A DNA stretch of 64,000 bases from an uncultured Chthonomonadaceae bacterium (GCA_963817895.1 CAWFQB010000012.1:1-64000); one strand, 5' to 3'; shown: positions 14,523-24,717, counted from the stretch's first letter. Translations and numbers: made by a program. The notes: generated by a model from the letters alone, not told the origin.

Positions 14523-14633
14523 CCGTAGGGACACAACTTGTTGTGTCCTCCTCCGGCAACGTTGTGTTCTGCGGCGTAGAGGCAGGCGCGGACACAACCG
14601 CGCCAATGCGGACACAACAAGTTGTGTCCCTAC
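14523..14633. repeat. GTAG-type REP doublet (REPIN-like)
   Basis: CGTAGGGACACAACTTGTTGTGTCC ... GGACACAACAAGTTGTGTCCCTACG. Confidence 0.88.
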
Positions 14634-14673
14634 GAACGTTTTTCAAAGTAGTCAAAGGGTCGTTAAGAGATAA

Positions 14674-15555
14674 ATGGCGGAAGTTGTTAGAAATAGCGCG
14701 GAAACAACGCTCAAGGGGCTGTACAGCCGAAACCCTGCGATTGCGGAAGCGGCCCGTCATCAGGCGGAGCGGCTGACTACAGAAGAGTTTTTGCGGCTGC
14801 TGCACTTGTTCGAGTCGGAATCGTCACGGACGCAGATAGGTAAGGGAACACGCGCCTTTGTCTTTCTGTTTTTGCTCTGTATGTGCGGAGCATCGGGATA
14901 CGCGACATGGATAGATCAACATTATTGGGGCATGGGGTTTTTCATGACGGCGTTCTGGACGGCGTTGGCGGTCAGTTGTTTCTTCTGGCGTGTTCGCTAT
15001 ACCAACGAGGACAGCGAACAAGTTGAAAGCTGTCTGCGGGGCGTACTGAAAACAATGCAATCGCCCGCCCTCGCGCAGGCGGCAGCGGTTTTGCTCGACA
15101 AACGCCAGCAGCAGGAGCTTGCCAACCACGTTTCGTATGGCAATATCGCGATTATCCATGCCGCATACGCGGCTTTGCTGCTCAACCTGCCAACGCTGCC
15201 AACGGCGCAGGGATGGAACCCGTCAGGCCGTCAGGCGTTGTATGATTTGTTGCAGGACGATACCTATGAACACAAACTCGCGTCGCATATTCTGGATGCC
15301 GCCGCTCGTTGGCGCGATGTGGATGCTCTGCCACAAGTAAGTAAGCTGGCGAAGCGCGAAGATCGTCCTATGCCCCTGCGCCGCCACGCGAACGAGGTAA
15401 TGACTCTTCTGCTGGCGGAACGGCAGAAGCGGCAGTTGGGCGACAGCTTGCTGCGGGCATCCGAGGCTCCGCAGGGGCAAAGCAGGCGGGAACTGCTGCG
15501 TCCCGCAACAGGCCATGCGGAAACGCCGCCCGAACAACTGTTGCGGCCCTCATAA
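14674..15555 (+). CDS. HEAT-like, 2-TM protein with LLR-triple tail (paralogue 3)
   Basis: TM hairpin; ILDAAARWRDVDALPQV; tail LLRAS..LLRPA..PEQLLRPS. Confidence 0.8.
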   Translation: MAEVVRNSAETTLKGLYSRNPAIAEAARHQAERLTTEEFLRLLHLFESESSRTQIGKGTRAFVFLFLLCMCGASGYATWIDQHYWGMGFFMTAFWTALAVSCFFWRVRYTNEDSEQVESCLRGVLKTMQSPALAQAAAVLLDKRQQQELANHVSYGNIAIIHAAYAALLLNLPTLPTAQGWNPSGRQALYDLLQDDTYEHKLASHILDAAARWRDVDALPQVSKLAKREDRPMPLRRHANEVMTLLLAERQKRQLGDSLLRASEAPQGQSRRELLRPATGHAETPPEQLLRPS

Positions 15556-15571
15556 GACAGGTAAGAACAAA

Positions 15572-16456
15572 ATGGCACAGGTCACCCAAAACAGCGCGGA
15601 AGCGATACTCGAAGGACTGTACAGCCAAAATCCTGCGGCTGTGGAAACCGTACGCCATCACGTAAAACATTTGTCTGCCGAGGAGTTGTTACATCTGCTG
15701 AGTTTGCGACACTCGGAAGAGGTACGTACACAGATGGGAAAGCGAACGCGAACCTTTGGCGTTGCGTTTTTTCTCTGTATAAGTGGATTAACCGGGAGCT
15801 TGATACGGGCAGATCAAAGTTTTTTGGCTCTTGCACTTTTAGCGACGCCATTATGGATGGTATTGGCGGTAGTTTTTTTCTTCTGGCGAAGTCGCTATAC
15901 CAAAGAAGATAGCGAACGAGTTGGGTACAGTATACGCTGGGTGCTGAGGGATACCCATTCATCAGCCCTTGCTCAAGTCGCTGCGTTGCAGCGCAACGAA
16001 CGCCAACAGTATGAACTCGTTAATCGAGCTTCGTATGGCGCTATTGGATTTCTGCATGAGGCACCTCAGATATTGCTACGCATCCTGCCTACACTGGAAA
16101 CGGCAAATGGATGGAATGCAAAGAGCCGCCACGCCTTGTTTGAATTGATCCTGGACTACTACGAAGAACCCAAACTTGTTTTCTGCATTCTGGATGCCGC
16201 CGCCCGCTGGCGCGATGTGGACGCCCTGCCGCAACTAAGTGAGTTGACGAGGAGAGAAAATTGTCCACAGCCCCTGCGCCGTCACGCGAACGAGGTCATG
16301 ACTCTGCTGATTGCCGAACGGCAGAAACGACAATTGGGCGAAGGATTGCTGCGGGCGTCCCAGCGTCCTCAAGGGCAAAGCAGGCAGGAACTGCTGCGTC
16401 CGGCTACCCGTCACGCGGAGACGCCGCCTGAACAACTGCTGCGCCCGCAAACCTGA
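15572..16456 (+). CDS. HEAT-like, 2-TM protein with LLR-triple tail (paralogue 4, tandem duplicate of 3)
   Basis: Collinear with paralogue 3; near-identical C-terminal ~85 aa. Confidence 0.82.
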   Translation: MAQVTQNSAEAILEGLYSQNPAAVETVRHHVKHLSAEELLHLLSLRHSEEVRTQMGKRTRTFGVAFFLCISGLTGSLIRADQSFLALALLATPLWMVLAVVFFFWRSRYTKEDSERVGYSIRWVLRDTHSSALAQVAALQRNERQQYELVNRASYGAIGFLHEAPQILLRILPTLETANGWNAKSRHALFELILDYYEEPKLVFCILDAAARWRDVDALPQLSELTRRENCPQPLRRHANEVMTLLIAERQKRQLGEGLLRASQRPQGQSRQELLRPATRHAETPPEQLLRPQT

Positions 16457-16486
16457 CAAACCGCTATTCGCATCGGGAGCGTCAAC

Positions 16487-17386
16487 ATGCAGGCTGAAAT
16501 CGTATCCCCTCAACTGGATAAGGTGGAATGTGAGCGGCACTTACGCGGGCTGAACAGCTATAAACGCGAAACCCGCGAAACCGCCCTGCGGCAGATAGCC
16601 GCGCTGACGCCGGAACATCTGCTGCAACTGATGCGGGAAGGGTCGCGTTTTTACAGAAAGCGCTACCGTCTGAGTTCCTGTGTCGAACGGGCTTTGGTGA
16701 TTTCGTGTTTTCCCATTGGCATGATACTGTATGCTCTCTCTGCCGATGGAGTAGTCTGGTTGGCGCTATTGATAGTGGCGTTCATCGCAATCGGCTGGCG
16801 TTTTCTGACCGTACCCTGGCGTATGTACCGCTCTCTCGTTGGCGTTCTGGAACACACCGAGGATTTGAAGCTGATTGGACCGATGATTACGATGTATGTT
16901 CGCCCGGAAGGGCTGAGATACAAGCTGGATGCGCTGGGAAATATGCTGTGCCGCCTGTTGCCGCAACTGCGTTTCGATCATGCCGGTCTGCTGACTGTCG
17001 AACAGAAGCAGGATATGCTTCGTCTGCTTCCTGTAAGTATTGGCTCTAAAGACGGGAGGTTAAACGTAAGCGCCTTAGACTTGAATATTGCCCTGCAAAC
17101 CTTGAAAGCATTGGAACAAATTGGGGATGAAAGCGCTATTCCCGCCGTGAAACGGCTAACATGGGATTCTTTCAATAATAACAAAACTGTACAGAAAGCC
17201 GCCGAGCAGTGTCTCAAACATTTGCGCTCACATCCCGGTCAGCATAAGGAGATGCAAACCCTGTTACGCGCATCCGCCGTCACAGAATCCGCCTCCGATA
17301 CTCTGCTGCGCCCTGCATCCGGCAACACCGACACCGCCCCTGAACAACTGCTGCGCCCGACAGCGCAAGGCAAAGTCGGAACCTGA
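16487..17386 (+). CDS. HEAT-like, 2-TM protein with LLR-triple tail (paralogue 5)
   Basis: TM hairpin; ALEQIGDESAIPAVKRL; tail LLRAS..LLRPA..PEQLLRPT. Confidence 0.8.
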   Translation: MQAEIVSPQLDKVECERHLRGLNSYKRETRETALRQIAALTPEHLLQLMREGSRFYRKRYRLSSCVERALVISCFPIGMILYALSADGVVWLALLIVAFIAIGWRFLTVPWRMYRSLVGVLEHTEDLKLIGPMITMYVRPEGLRYKLDALGNMLCRLLPQLRFDHAGLLTVEQKQDMLRLLPVSIGSKDGRLNVSALDLNIALQTLKALEQIGDESAIPAVKRLTWDSFNNNKTVQKAAEQCLKHLRSHPGQHKEMQTLLRASAVTESASDTLLRPASGNTDTAPEQLLRPTAQGKVGT

Positions 17387-17414
17387 CAACCTAAGAACCT
17401 ATTTACCTGGACTT

Positions 17415-18323
17415 ATGGAAACACAAACAAAACAACTGGCGGACCCGCAAACGCTGGCCCGCATCGCCAAACTGGAACTACGCGCCCGCGCCGTTGTGGA
17501 GGGCGTCATATCCGGTATGCACAAAAGCCCGCACCGTGGCAGCAGCGTGGAATTCGCGCAGCACCGCGATTATGTGCCGGGGGACGAAATACGGCATATT
17601 GACTGGAAAGTGTACGCCCGCTCGGACCGCTACCAGATCAAGCAGTACGAAGAGGAGACGAACCTCAAAGCCACGCTTGTCGTAGATACCAGTACCAGCA
17701 TGGATTACAAGGGCATCAATTCCGCCCTGTCCAAGCGCGAGTACGCCGCCATTGTCGCTGCCGCCATCGCGTCCCTGCTGATGCGGCAGCGCGACACGGT
17801 TGGCCTGACGACATTTGATGATAATATCCGAACGTTCATTCCCCCGGCAGGCACGAGCGCGCACATGAAACTGCTGTTGGAAATGCTGGAAAAGCGGGAC
17901 ACCGCGCCCAAAACCATGATCGGCAACACGTTTCACGACCTAGCCGAGCGCGTGAAACGTCGGGGAATGTTGGTTGTTCTCAGCGACCTGTTCACCGATC
18001 CTGACGAGATGTTGCGCGGCCTGCAGCACTTCCGGCACCGCAAGCATGAAGTGATTATCTTCCACGTCTTAGACCGGGATGAACTGACGTTTCCCTTCAA
18101 GGATTCCGCCGTGTTTCAGGGCATGGAGGGCGAAGAGCCGCTGATGGCTGAACCCAACGCCCTGCGCCGCGAGTACCTGAACGCTTTCGGCGCGTATGTC
18201 GAAAAACTGAAAAAAGGCTGTCGCGAACTCAATATGGACTACCAGCAGCTTGTCACCGATCAGCCCGTAGACACGTCCATCTCGCGCTATCTCTCGTCAC
18301 GTTCCAATCAAGGCAAACGATAA
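17415..18323 (+). CDS. DUF58 (vWA-like) protein, MoxR partner
   Basis: GMHKSPHRGSSVEFAQHRDYVPGDEIRHIDWK, KQYEEETN, VDTSTSM, VVLSDL. Confidence 0.95.
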   Translation: METQTKQLADPQTLARIAKLELRARAVVEGVISGMHKSPHRGSSVEFAQHRDYVPGDEIRHIDWKVYARSDRYQIKQYEEETNLKATLVVDTSTSMDYKGINSALSKREYAAIVAAAIASLLMRQRDTVGLTTFDDNIRTFIPPAGTSAHMKLLLEMLEKRDTAPKTMIGNTFHDLAERVKRRGMLVVLSDLFTDPDEMLRGLQHFRHRKHEVIIFHVLDRDELTFPFKDSAVFQGMEGEEPLMAEPNALRREYLNAFGAYVEKLKKGCRELNMDYQQLVTDQPVDTSISRYLSSRSNQGKR

Positions 18324-18334
18324 CCTTATTAGCT

Positions 18335-20510
18335 ATGCCACCCTTTCTAAACCCAATCTTTCTTTACGCCGTCGCGTTTGCGGGCGTGCCACTGCTTATT
18401 CACCTGATACGGCGGCGCAAACTCAAGGTCGTCCAGTGGGCAGCGATGGAGTTTTTGCGCCAGTCGCAGAAGAAGCAGCGGCGGCGGATGCGAATCGAAG
18501 AGCTGATTCTGCTCACGCTGCGGACGCTGATTGTGATACTCGCCTGTCTCGCGTTCGCGCGTCCTGTCACGCACACGCTGGGCGCAGCCCTTCTGTCACA
18601 GAATCAGCGCGTGTACGCCGTGCTTGTCGTGGACAATTCCTATAGCATGGGGCAACGGGGGCGGGACGGCAAAAGCAGTCAGGAGCGCGGCGCATACCTA
18701 TGCGTCGCAAATCCTGACCCGCATCCTCAAACCCGGCGACTCGGCCTCCCTCGTGCTGCTGTCCGACAAGCCGGAAGCGCTTATCAACTCGCCCAGTTTT
18801 GACCGCGATTCGATTTTGCGGCGTTTGCGGACGGTTGCGCTTGTGGATCGCCCGACCGATTATCTGGCAACCGCGCAGCTTGTCAACAAACTGCTGAAAG
18901 CGTCCAATGCGCCCGTGAAAGAGGTGTACTGGCTCAGTGACGATCAGGCGACCGCGTGGGCGACGAGCAAGCGCGATAGCGCGCGTCCCGTGTGGCAGGA
19001 GTTGGGCCGGCAGGCGCGGCTGACGTGGGTATCCGTTGGCGCGCCGAACGGGGAGCGGGATAACCTTGTCGTGGAAGCCCCCACTCTGAGCCGGGAACTG
19101 GTCACACCACAACTGCCCGTTCGTATCGAAGCGAAAATAGTGAATTACGGAGCAAAACCCCGCAACGATGTTCTGGTCAACCTGAAAATAGATGGCAAGC
19201 AATCCGACAGCAAGCGCGTGTCCATTGCGCCGGGCGGAAACGTCCTCGTCCGGTTCCCGCAAACGCCCTTTCTGACAACCGGAACGCGCGTCGGGCGGAT
19301 TGAACTGGCGGACGCTTCGCATGTAGACGGACTGGAGCGCGACAACGGCGCGGACTTTGTTGTCCGCTGCCGGGACAGAATCAGAGTTCTGGTACAGGAC
19401 ATGCACCCGTCCGGCGACCCGACCAAAAGCGACAGTTTTTACCTGCTGAACGCGATGGCCCCCAACGGGGCGCAGGAGAGTCTGGCCGCGAAACTGCGCG
19501 AAGGGCCGGGATTGGGCGGCGTGACCCTGCGCGACTACGACGTGGTGATTCTGACGGGCGTAAGCGGCCTGTCTACGGGAGATAAACGCGCCCTGACGGA
19601 GTACGTGAAAGCGGGCGGCGGCCTGATGCTGTTTCCGGGTAATGGCACGGAAGCGAGCCGCGTCAATGCCGATCTTGGCGGTGAGGGGGGCTTGCTGCCC
19701 GCTCGCCTGACAGCGACGAAAACCCTGAGCGACAGCAACGCGATGACGCTCAACCCCGGTTCCGTTACGCATCCCGCTCTGACCATGTTCAAGGACACGT
19801 CGAGCCTGAATGTGGCGAGCGTGCGGTTTACGCGGTATTTCGGTCTGGAACCCGCGCTGGAAGCCAACGATCCAAACGCCGTACAGGTGATGATGCGCTT
19901 CAGCAACGGCGACCCCGCCTTTGTGGAGCGGCATGTGGAACTGGGGCGCGTGATCCTCGCGGCAAGCAGCGCGGGCGCGTCGTGGAACCAGTTGCCGCTC
20001 AAGCCGAGCTACGTTCCCTTAGTGTATCAACTGCTGTTTTATCTGGGACAGGGCGCGGCCTCGCACCGCAATCTCGCGCAGGAAGAACCGCTGTTTCTCG
20101 CCCTGCCGCTTTCCGATGCCAACAAGCCCGTGCGCGTGACCACGCCGGACGGACGGACAACCACGCAGAACAGCGCGTTGGATGCGCGGGGCGTCACATT
20201 CCGCTACGGCGCAACGCAGCAGTCGGGCGTGTACAAAATCGCCGTGCAGGGCAGCCCAACGCAGGACGCTTTTGCCGTCAGCCTGCCCACTGCCGAGTCC
20301 GACCTGACCGCAACCGATCCCGCGCAGGCCGCGACACAGGCCGGTGTTGTCGGCAACCGTTTGAGCGTGGCGAATACGGCGCAGCAATTGCAAACGTCGG
20401 TATCTCGCGCCCGCTACGGCGCAGAAATCTGGCGAACCCTGCTGATGACGGTAATCGGCCTGCTGTTCCTCGAAATCGTCCTCGCGCAACAGTTCGGACG
20501 AAGAGGATAG
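18335..20510 (+). CDS. BatA N-terminal/vWA domain membrane protein, frameshift near 18685
   Basis: FLNP..PLLIHL..WAAMEFL..LAFARP; MIDAS-like VDNSYSM; glutamine-amidotransferase-like segment YDVVILTG..YVKAGGGLMLFPG; C-terminal TM. Confidence 0.9.
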
Positions 20511-20516
20511 GAGGAA

Positions 20517-20626
20517 TTTCACCACCAAGACGCCAAGAAGAACTGAATAAAGAGGAAAGAACATAGTTGGGTACTCTTTTTCTCCTCTTCGTATTTCTTG
20601 GTGTGCTTGGCGTCTTGGTGGTGAAA
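20517..20626. repeat. Inverted-repeat element, family B (CACCAAGA/CGCCAAG arms)
   Basis: TTTCACCACCAAGACGCCAAG ... CTTGGCGTCTTGGTGGTGAAA; solo arm at 28284-28316. Confidence 0.88.
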
Positions 20627-20633
20627 ACACATT

Positions 20634-20969
20634 ATGGATACAGAAAAAAATGGTGGGTTTGCGGAGTTGACGACGGAAGAGGTACTGGCGCGGCGGAAGG
20701 CGAATCCCGATTTGCTGTTGCTGGATGTGCGCTGGCCGGGAGAGTGGGAAACGCATCACATTCCGGGCGCGACGCTGCTGCCGATGCCCGAAGTGTTGCC
20801 GAGCCTGCCGAAGATGGACCCGCAACGCGAAACCATTGTAGTTTGCGAACATGGCGTCCGCAGCCATATAGTCGCGGAATATCTGGCATCACAGGCCGAT
20901 TTTACCAACGTCAGCCACCTGCGCGGCGGCATGAGCGAGTGGACAGGCGAAGTAGAAACCGGCCCATAG
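20634..20969 (+). CDS. Rhodanese-like domain protein
   Basis: LLDVRWPGEWETHHIPGA, VVCEHGVRS, LRGGMSEW. Confidence 0.93.
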   Translation: MDTEKNGGFAELTTEEVLARRKANPDLLLLDVRWPGEWETHHIPGATLLPMPEVLPSLPKMDPQRETIVVCEHGVRSHIVAEYLASQADFTNVSHLRGGMSEWTGEVETGP

Positions 20970-21019
20970 ATCGAATTGGTACTCATTCTGCAATAGTTTT
21001 AAATCCTAATTTACGTGTG

Positions 21020-21040
21020 TTCGCGTTCATTCGCGGCTAA
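21020..21040. repeat. Family C arm (ATTCGCGTTC 10-mer ending GCGGCTA)
   Basis: Copies at 40172-40202, 44326-44357, 63051-63082 and 63159-63180. Confidence 0.85.
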
Positions 21041-21070
21041 TTTTGTATTCTGATGTGGGAGGAACGGTAT

Positions 21071-21373
21071 ATGGGGTTTGTGAAAGTGGCGGAAGCGGCA
21101 AGCGTGAAGGCAGGCGAGGGGCGTGTGGTGGACGCGGGCAGCCGGGAACTGGCGATTTTCAACGTCAATGGCGAGTTTTATTGCATTGACAATACCTGTC
21201 CTCATGCCGAAGGCCCATTGGGTGAGGGCTATGTGGATGGCGCGGAAGTGAGCTGTCCCTGGCACGCCTGGCAGTTCAACGTCAAAACCGGCGAAATGGC
21301 CTATAACCCGCAAATCTGCGTGGCAACCTTCCCCTGCAAAGTGGAAGACGGCGCTGTGCTGGTAGACGTGTAA
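21071..21373 (+). CDS. Rieske [2Fe-2S] ferredoxin
   Basis: CPHAEGPL and CPWHAWQF. Confidence 0.95.
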   Translation: MGFVKVAEAASVKAGEGRVVDAGSRELAIFNVNGEFYCIDNTCPHAEGPLGEGYVDGAEVSCPWHAWQFNVKTGEMAYNPQICVATFPCKVEDGAVLVDV

Positions 21374-21446
21374 CATGCGCGTGGCACATGAAATAGCCGG
21401 GGCATAAACGTATTTCACTCCAGTCCTGTATGCTGCGCCGCAATAT

Positions 21447-22376
21447 ATGTCACACCGCAACACAAATTTTCCTCATCTGCCCGACTCTCTGCGCGAGTGG
21501 TTATCTCGTGGCAACACCAATCAGGATGTTCGCGTCACGCCGCAGTGGGGCGGTATGATAAATACGGCTGCTCGTCTGGAAATGAGCCGGGGCGCAGTGT
21601 TTTTCGCGAAGTGGAAGGAGAATGCGCCAAAAGGGTTCTTCGCCGCCGAAGCGAATGGATTGGAGCGTCTGCGCGCGGCGCGTATTATTCTGACGCCGGG
21701 GGTATATGCGGCTGTGGATTTGGAAGAAGCAGGCCAAACATCATTCCTTGTGCTGAACTACATCGAAACGTTGCCGCCTTCCGACCCGGCTCAATTTGCG
21801 CGGCAATTTGGCAAACTGCTGGCGCGATTACACCGGAAAACCATTGCGCAGGATGGGATGTGCGGACTGGAAGCAGACAACTATATCGGCGTAGTGCCGC
21901 AAATCAACGCGCCCTGCGCCCGTTGGCCGGACTTCTACCGCGAATGTCGCCTGCTGCCGCAGATCGAACTTGCCCGTCAGAACGGTCATTTGCCGGAGCA
22001 ACGTGAACACCTGCTAATGACCGTTGTAGAACGGCTGGACGAACTGCTCAAGGACATGGACGAACCGCCCTGCCTGCTGCATGGCGATTTGTGGCGCGAA
22101 AATTTATTATGCGCGAACGATGAACCCATTCTGATTGACCCCGCAGTTTACTACGGCCCGCGTGAAATGGAAATCGCGTATATGGAGCTATTCAACGGCT
22201 TCGCGCCCGACGTTTTGGAAGCGTACCGCGCCGCCTATCCTCTCGACAGGAGTTATGAACGCCGCCGCCCCCTGCATCAGCTATACCCGCTCCTCAACCA
22301 CCTCAACCACTTCGGAGAAACCTACGGCCCAAAGGTAGACCGCGTTTGCCGAGAACTCACAAACGGTCAGGGATAA
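21447..22376 (+). CDS. Fructosamine kinase family protein
   Basis: FAAEANGL, DNYIG, LLHGDLW, IDPAVYYGPREME, LNHLNHFG. Confidence 0.93.
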   Translation: MSHRNTNFPHLPDSLREWLSRGNTNQDVRVTPQWGGMINTAARLEMSRGAVFFAKWKENAPKGFFAAEANGLERLRAARIILTPGVYAAVDLEEAGQTSFLVLNYIETLPPSDPAQFARQFGKLLARLHRKTIAQDGMCGLEADNYIGVVPQINAPCARWPDFYRECRLLPQIELARQNGHLPEQREHLLMTVVERLDELLKDMDEPPCLLHGDLWRENLLCANDEPILIDPAVYYGPREMEIAYMELFNGFAPDVLEAYRAAYPLDRSYERRRPLHQLYPLLNHLNHFGETYGPKVDRVCRELTNGQG

Positions 22377-22381
22377 ACCGT

Positions 22382-22423
22382 AAAAAGACAATACCGTTCA
22401 GAAGCTGAACGGTATTGTTCTTT
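22382..22423. terminator. Bidirectional terminator between convergent genes
   Basis: Perfect stem ACAATACCGTTCAG/CTGAACGGTATTGT with A-run before and T-rich run after. Confidence 0.8.
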
Positions 22424-22442
22424 AAGCCGATGGCAACAGGAA

Positions 22443-23111
22443 TTAGAGTGGGAAACGCGCCTGTACAGTGGCGATAGAGTTGCCATACCCTTGAAAGTGA
22501 ACCGTGCCTTCCAGTCCAAAGTGAGAAGTGATTTGCCCGCCGATAAACAGTTTGCCGCCTAAGCGAGTCACTTCTCCGAAGTAGGGGCCGATGCCGCCGC
22601 CGACATAAATACCGGCTCCGCCGGGAAGCCGAACGTGGTACACCTGATCGAACGTGAGCGGAACCAGTGTAGTAACACCGCCGAAGTTCGCGGCTGCGAT
22701 CACATCTATATCAACGCGTGTGCTGAACCCTCTGGCAATACTCAGGCCGGGGATGGTCACATCCGCGCCCCCCGCAAATTTCAGCCGGGGCGATAGAGCC
22801 GCGCCCAGACGGAATGCAACCGGGATGGCGCGAGACACAACATCGGCCTGACAGATGGATGGGGCAGCGCGAAATCCGTGTTTAGCCAGAATGCTCTCCG
22901 CATCGAAGTTGCTTTTCAACTCCTGCTTTGTGAGCCGCTCACTCGAAAAGGCCGTTTGTGCCTGCGGCATGGAATTTAGAGTAGAATTTGCAATCGGCTG
23001 GTTTGGTGTGTCAGCGTGTGCAGAAGTGGGGAGATAGCCAGCCATCGAGAGGGCTGTCGCCATCCACAGGGAATGTAAACATAATGCGTGTCGAGTTTGT
23101 TGATTCGTCAT
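22443..23111 (-). CDS. Exported protein, probable small outer-membrane beta-barrel
   Basis: Signal peptide ending AHA; alternating beta strands (IYVGGGIGPYF, FGLEGTVHF, VQARFPL). Confidence 0.6.
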   Translation of the reverse strand: MTNQQTRHALCLHSLWMATALSMAGYLPTSAHADTPNQPIANSTLNSMPQAQTAFSSERLTKQELKSNFDAESILAKHGFRAAPSICQADVVSRAIPVAFRLGAALSPRLKFAGGADVTIPGLSIARGFSTRVDIDVIAAANFGGVTTLVPLTFDQVYHVRLPGGAGIYVGGGIGPYFGEVTRLGGKLFIGGQITSHFGLEGTVHFQGYGNSIATVQARFPL

Positions 23112-23438
23112 GGAATTCAATCCTCAAGTTGAAATTGCGTTCAAATTTACACACGAAAAAGCGCGTGGAAAAATTGCCCTCAACGGTACAAACAGGCATA
23201 TATTTTGCGCTATTCCTATGTGTATAGGAACAGAACTACAACCACTGCATAGAACGCTACACCGGCGCAACAACTATCTATAAGGCGCAATGATTGCTCT
23301 AAGCGAAGCTCTACTGTAACAAGCAATCTATGCTTGTCCTGTGTCTTTTACGAGTAAACCACTTTCCCGTCTGGATTACCGGAAACATCACGAGGAACTG
23401 ACACGTCGTAACCGGCAATGATACACAGGAGGTTGCGA

Positions 23439-24593
23439 GTGAAACAATGGATTGTATTGGCGTGTTTGGGCGCTTTGGCGTTGCCGACAGGGGCGCAGGA
23501 AACCTTGCCCCATCAGCAGTATACGGGAACACCGGAATTGATTGCCACTTTTAACGGCCCGATGCTGACGGGCGTTACCGTGTCGAAGCAGGGGCGTATC
23601 TTCGTCAACTATCCGCGATGGGGAGACAAGGTAGAGCATACAGTCGGGGAACTCAAGGGCGGCAAAACCGTCGCGTATCCGCCCGGAATTGCGCAAAGCG
23701 CGAACGGAACCGGTCAGGAGAACGCGCTTGTATCCGTGCAAAGCGTCGTGGTTGATCCTAAAGATCGCCTGTGGATACTGGATACGGGCAGTCCGATGTT
23801 CATGCCGACAACGCCCGGTGGTCCCAAACTCATCGGCGTGGATTTGAAGACCAACAAGATTTTTAAGAAGATTCTGTTTCCCGCCGATGTCGCCCTCCCG
23901 ACAACCTACCTCAACGACATACGCTTTGACTTGAAGCGCGGCACGGGCGGCATGGCTTTCATCACCGATTCCGCCACCAAAGGCCCGAACGGGATCATTG
24001 TGGTTGATCTGGACACGGGCAAAAGTTACCGCCGCCTGAATGACCACCCTTCTACCAAAGCCGAGCCGAACTTTCTGCCGGTTGTAGAGGGGCAGCCGCT
24101 TATGCAGCGCGAACCGGGCAAGCCGCCACAATATATGACGATGGGTTCGGACGGCATCGCCATCAGCCCGGATTGCAAAACGCTGTACTACTGCCCGCTT
24201 GCTAGTCGGCATCTGTATAGCGTCAGCGTGGACGCGCTTGCCGATCAGAGCCAGCCGGATGAGCAGGTGGCGGCAACCGTGAAGGATGAGGGCGACAAGG
24301 GCGGCGCATCGGATGGTTTGGAAACGGATGCGCAGGGGCGTATCTACGCCACCAACTACGAACACAACGGCATTGTCCGCCGCCGAACGGACGGCACGTA
24401 TGAAACGCTGATTTATGATCCGCGTATTCTGTGGCCGGATACCATGTCGGTTGCGAGTAACGGCTACCTGTACTTTACCAACAACCAGTTGCACCGGCAA
24501 AAGCAGTACCACAACGGCAAAGACCTGCGCATGAAACCCTATTCCCTGTTGCGCATCAAAATCAACAGTAACGCCGTTGCCGCAACAAAGTAA
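23439..24593 (+). CDS. Major royal jelly/yellow family (L-dopachrome tautomerase-related) beta-propeller, exported
   Basis: PMLTGVTVSKQGRIFVNYPRW, SVQSVVVD..LWILDTG, YLNDIRFD, SDGIAIS, LWPDT. Confidence 0.92.
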   Translation: MKQWIVLACLGALALPTGAQETLPHQQYTGTPELIATFNGPMLTGVTVSKQGRIFVNYPRWGDKVEHTVGELKGGKTVAYPPGIAQSANGTGQENALVSVQSVVVDPKDRLWILDTGSPMFMPTTPGGPKLIGVDLKTNKIFKKILFPADVALPTTYLNDIRFDLKRGTGGMAFITDSATKGPNGIIVVDLDTGKSYRRLNDHPSTKAEPNFLPVVEGQPLMQREPGKPPQYMTMGSDGIAISPDCKTLYYCPLASRHLYSVSVDALADQSQPDEQVAATVKDEGDKGGASDGLETDAQGRIYATNYEHNGIVRRRTDGTYETLIYDPRILWPDTMSVASNGYLYFTNNQLHRQKQYHNGKDLRMKPYSLLRIKINSNAVAATK

Positions 24594-24717
24594 AATAATG
24601 GAACATTGGCGACTGATATATCCTCTTACGCATGGTTAACAAATTGCGGAAGGAGATCACGCCGCAATTATTGAGAGGGATAGGGAGAACGGCAGGCATA
24701 GTATCTGCCGTCCCATT

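Noticed and set aside
14674..16456. Diversity-generating retroelement TR/VR pair
   Set aside because: No reverse transcriptase, and the differences are not adenine-specific.
10126..17386. RiPP precursors with repeated cores, or CaaX prenylation substrates
   Set aside because: These are ~300 aa membrane proteins with no terminal Cys motif, and the candidate modifying enzymes appear exported whereas the tails are probably cytoplasmic.
13512..17415. Integron cassette array for the tandem tag genes
   Set aside because: No integrase and no convincing RYYYAAC/GTTRRRY attC pairs; two junctions are only 16-30 bp.
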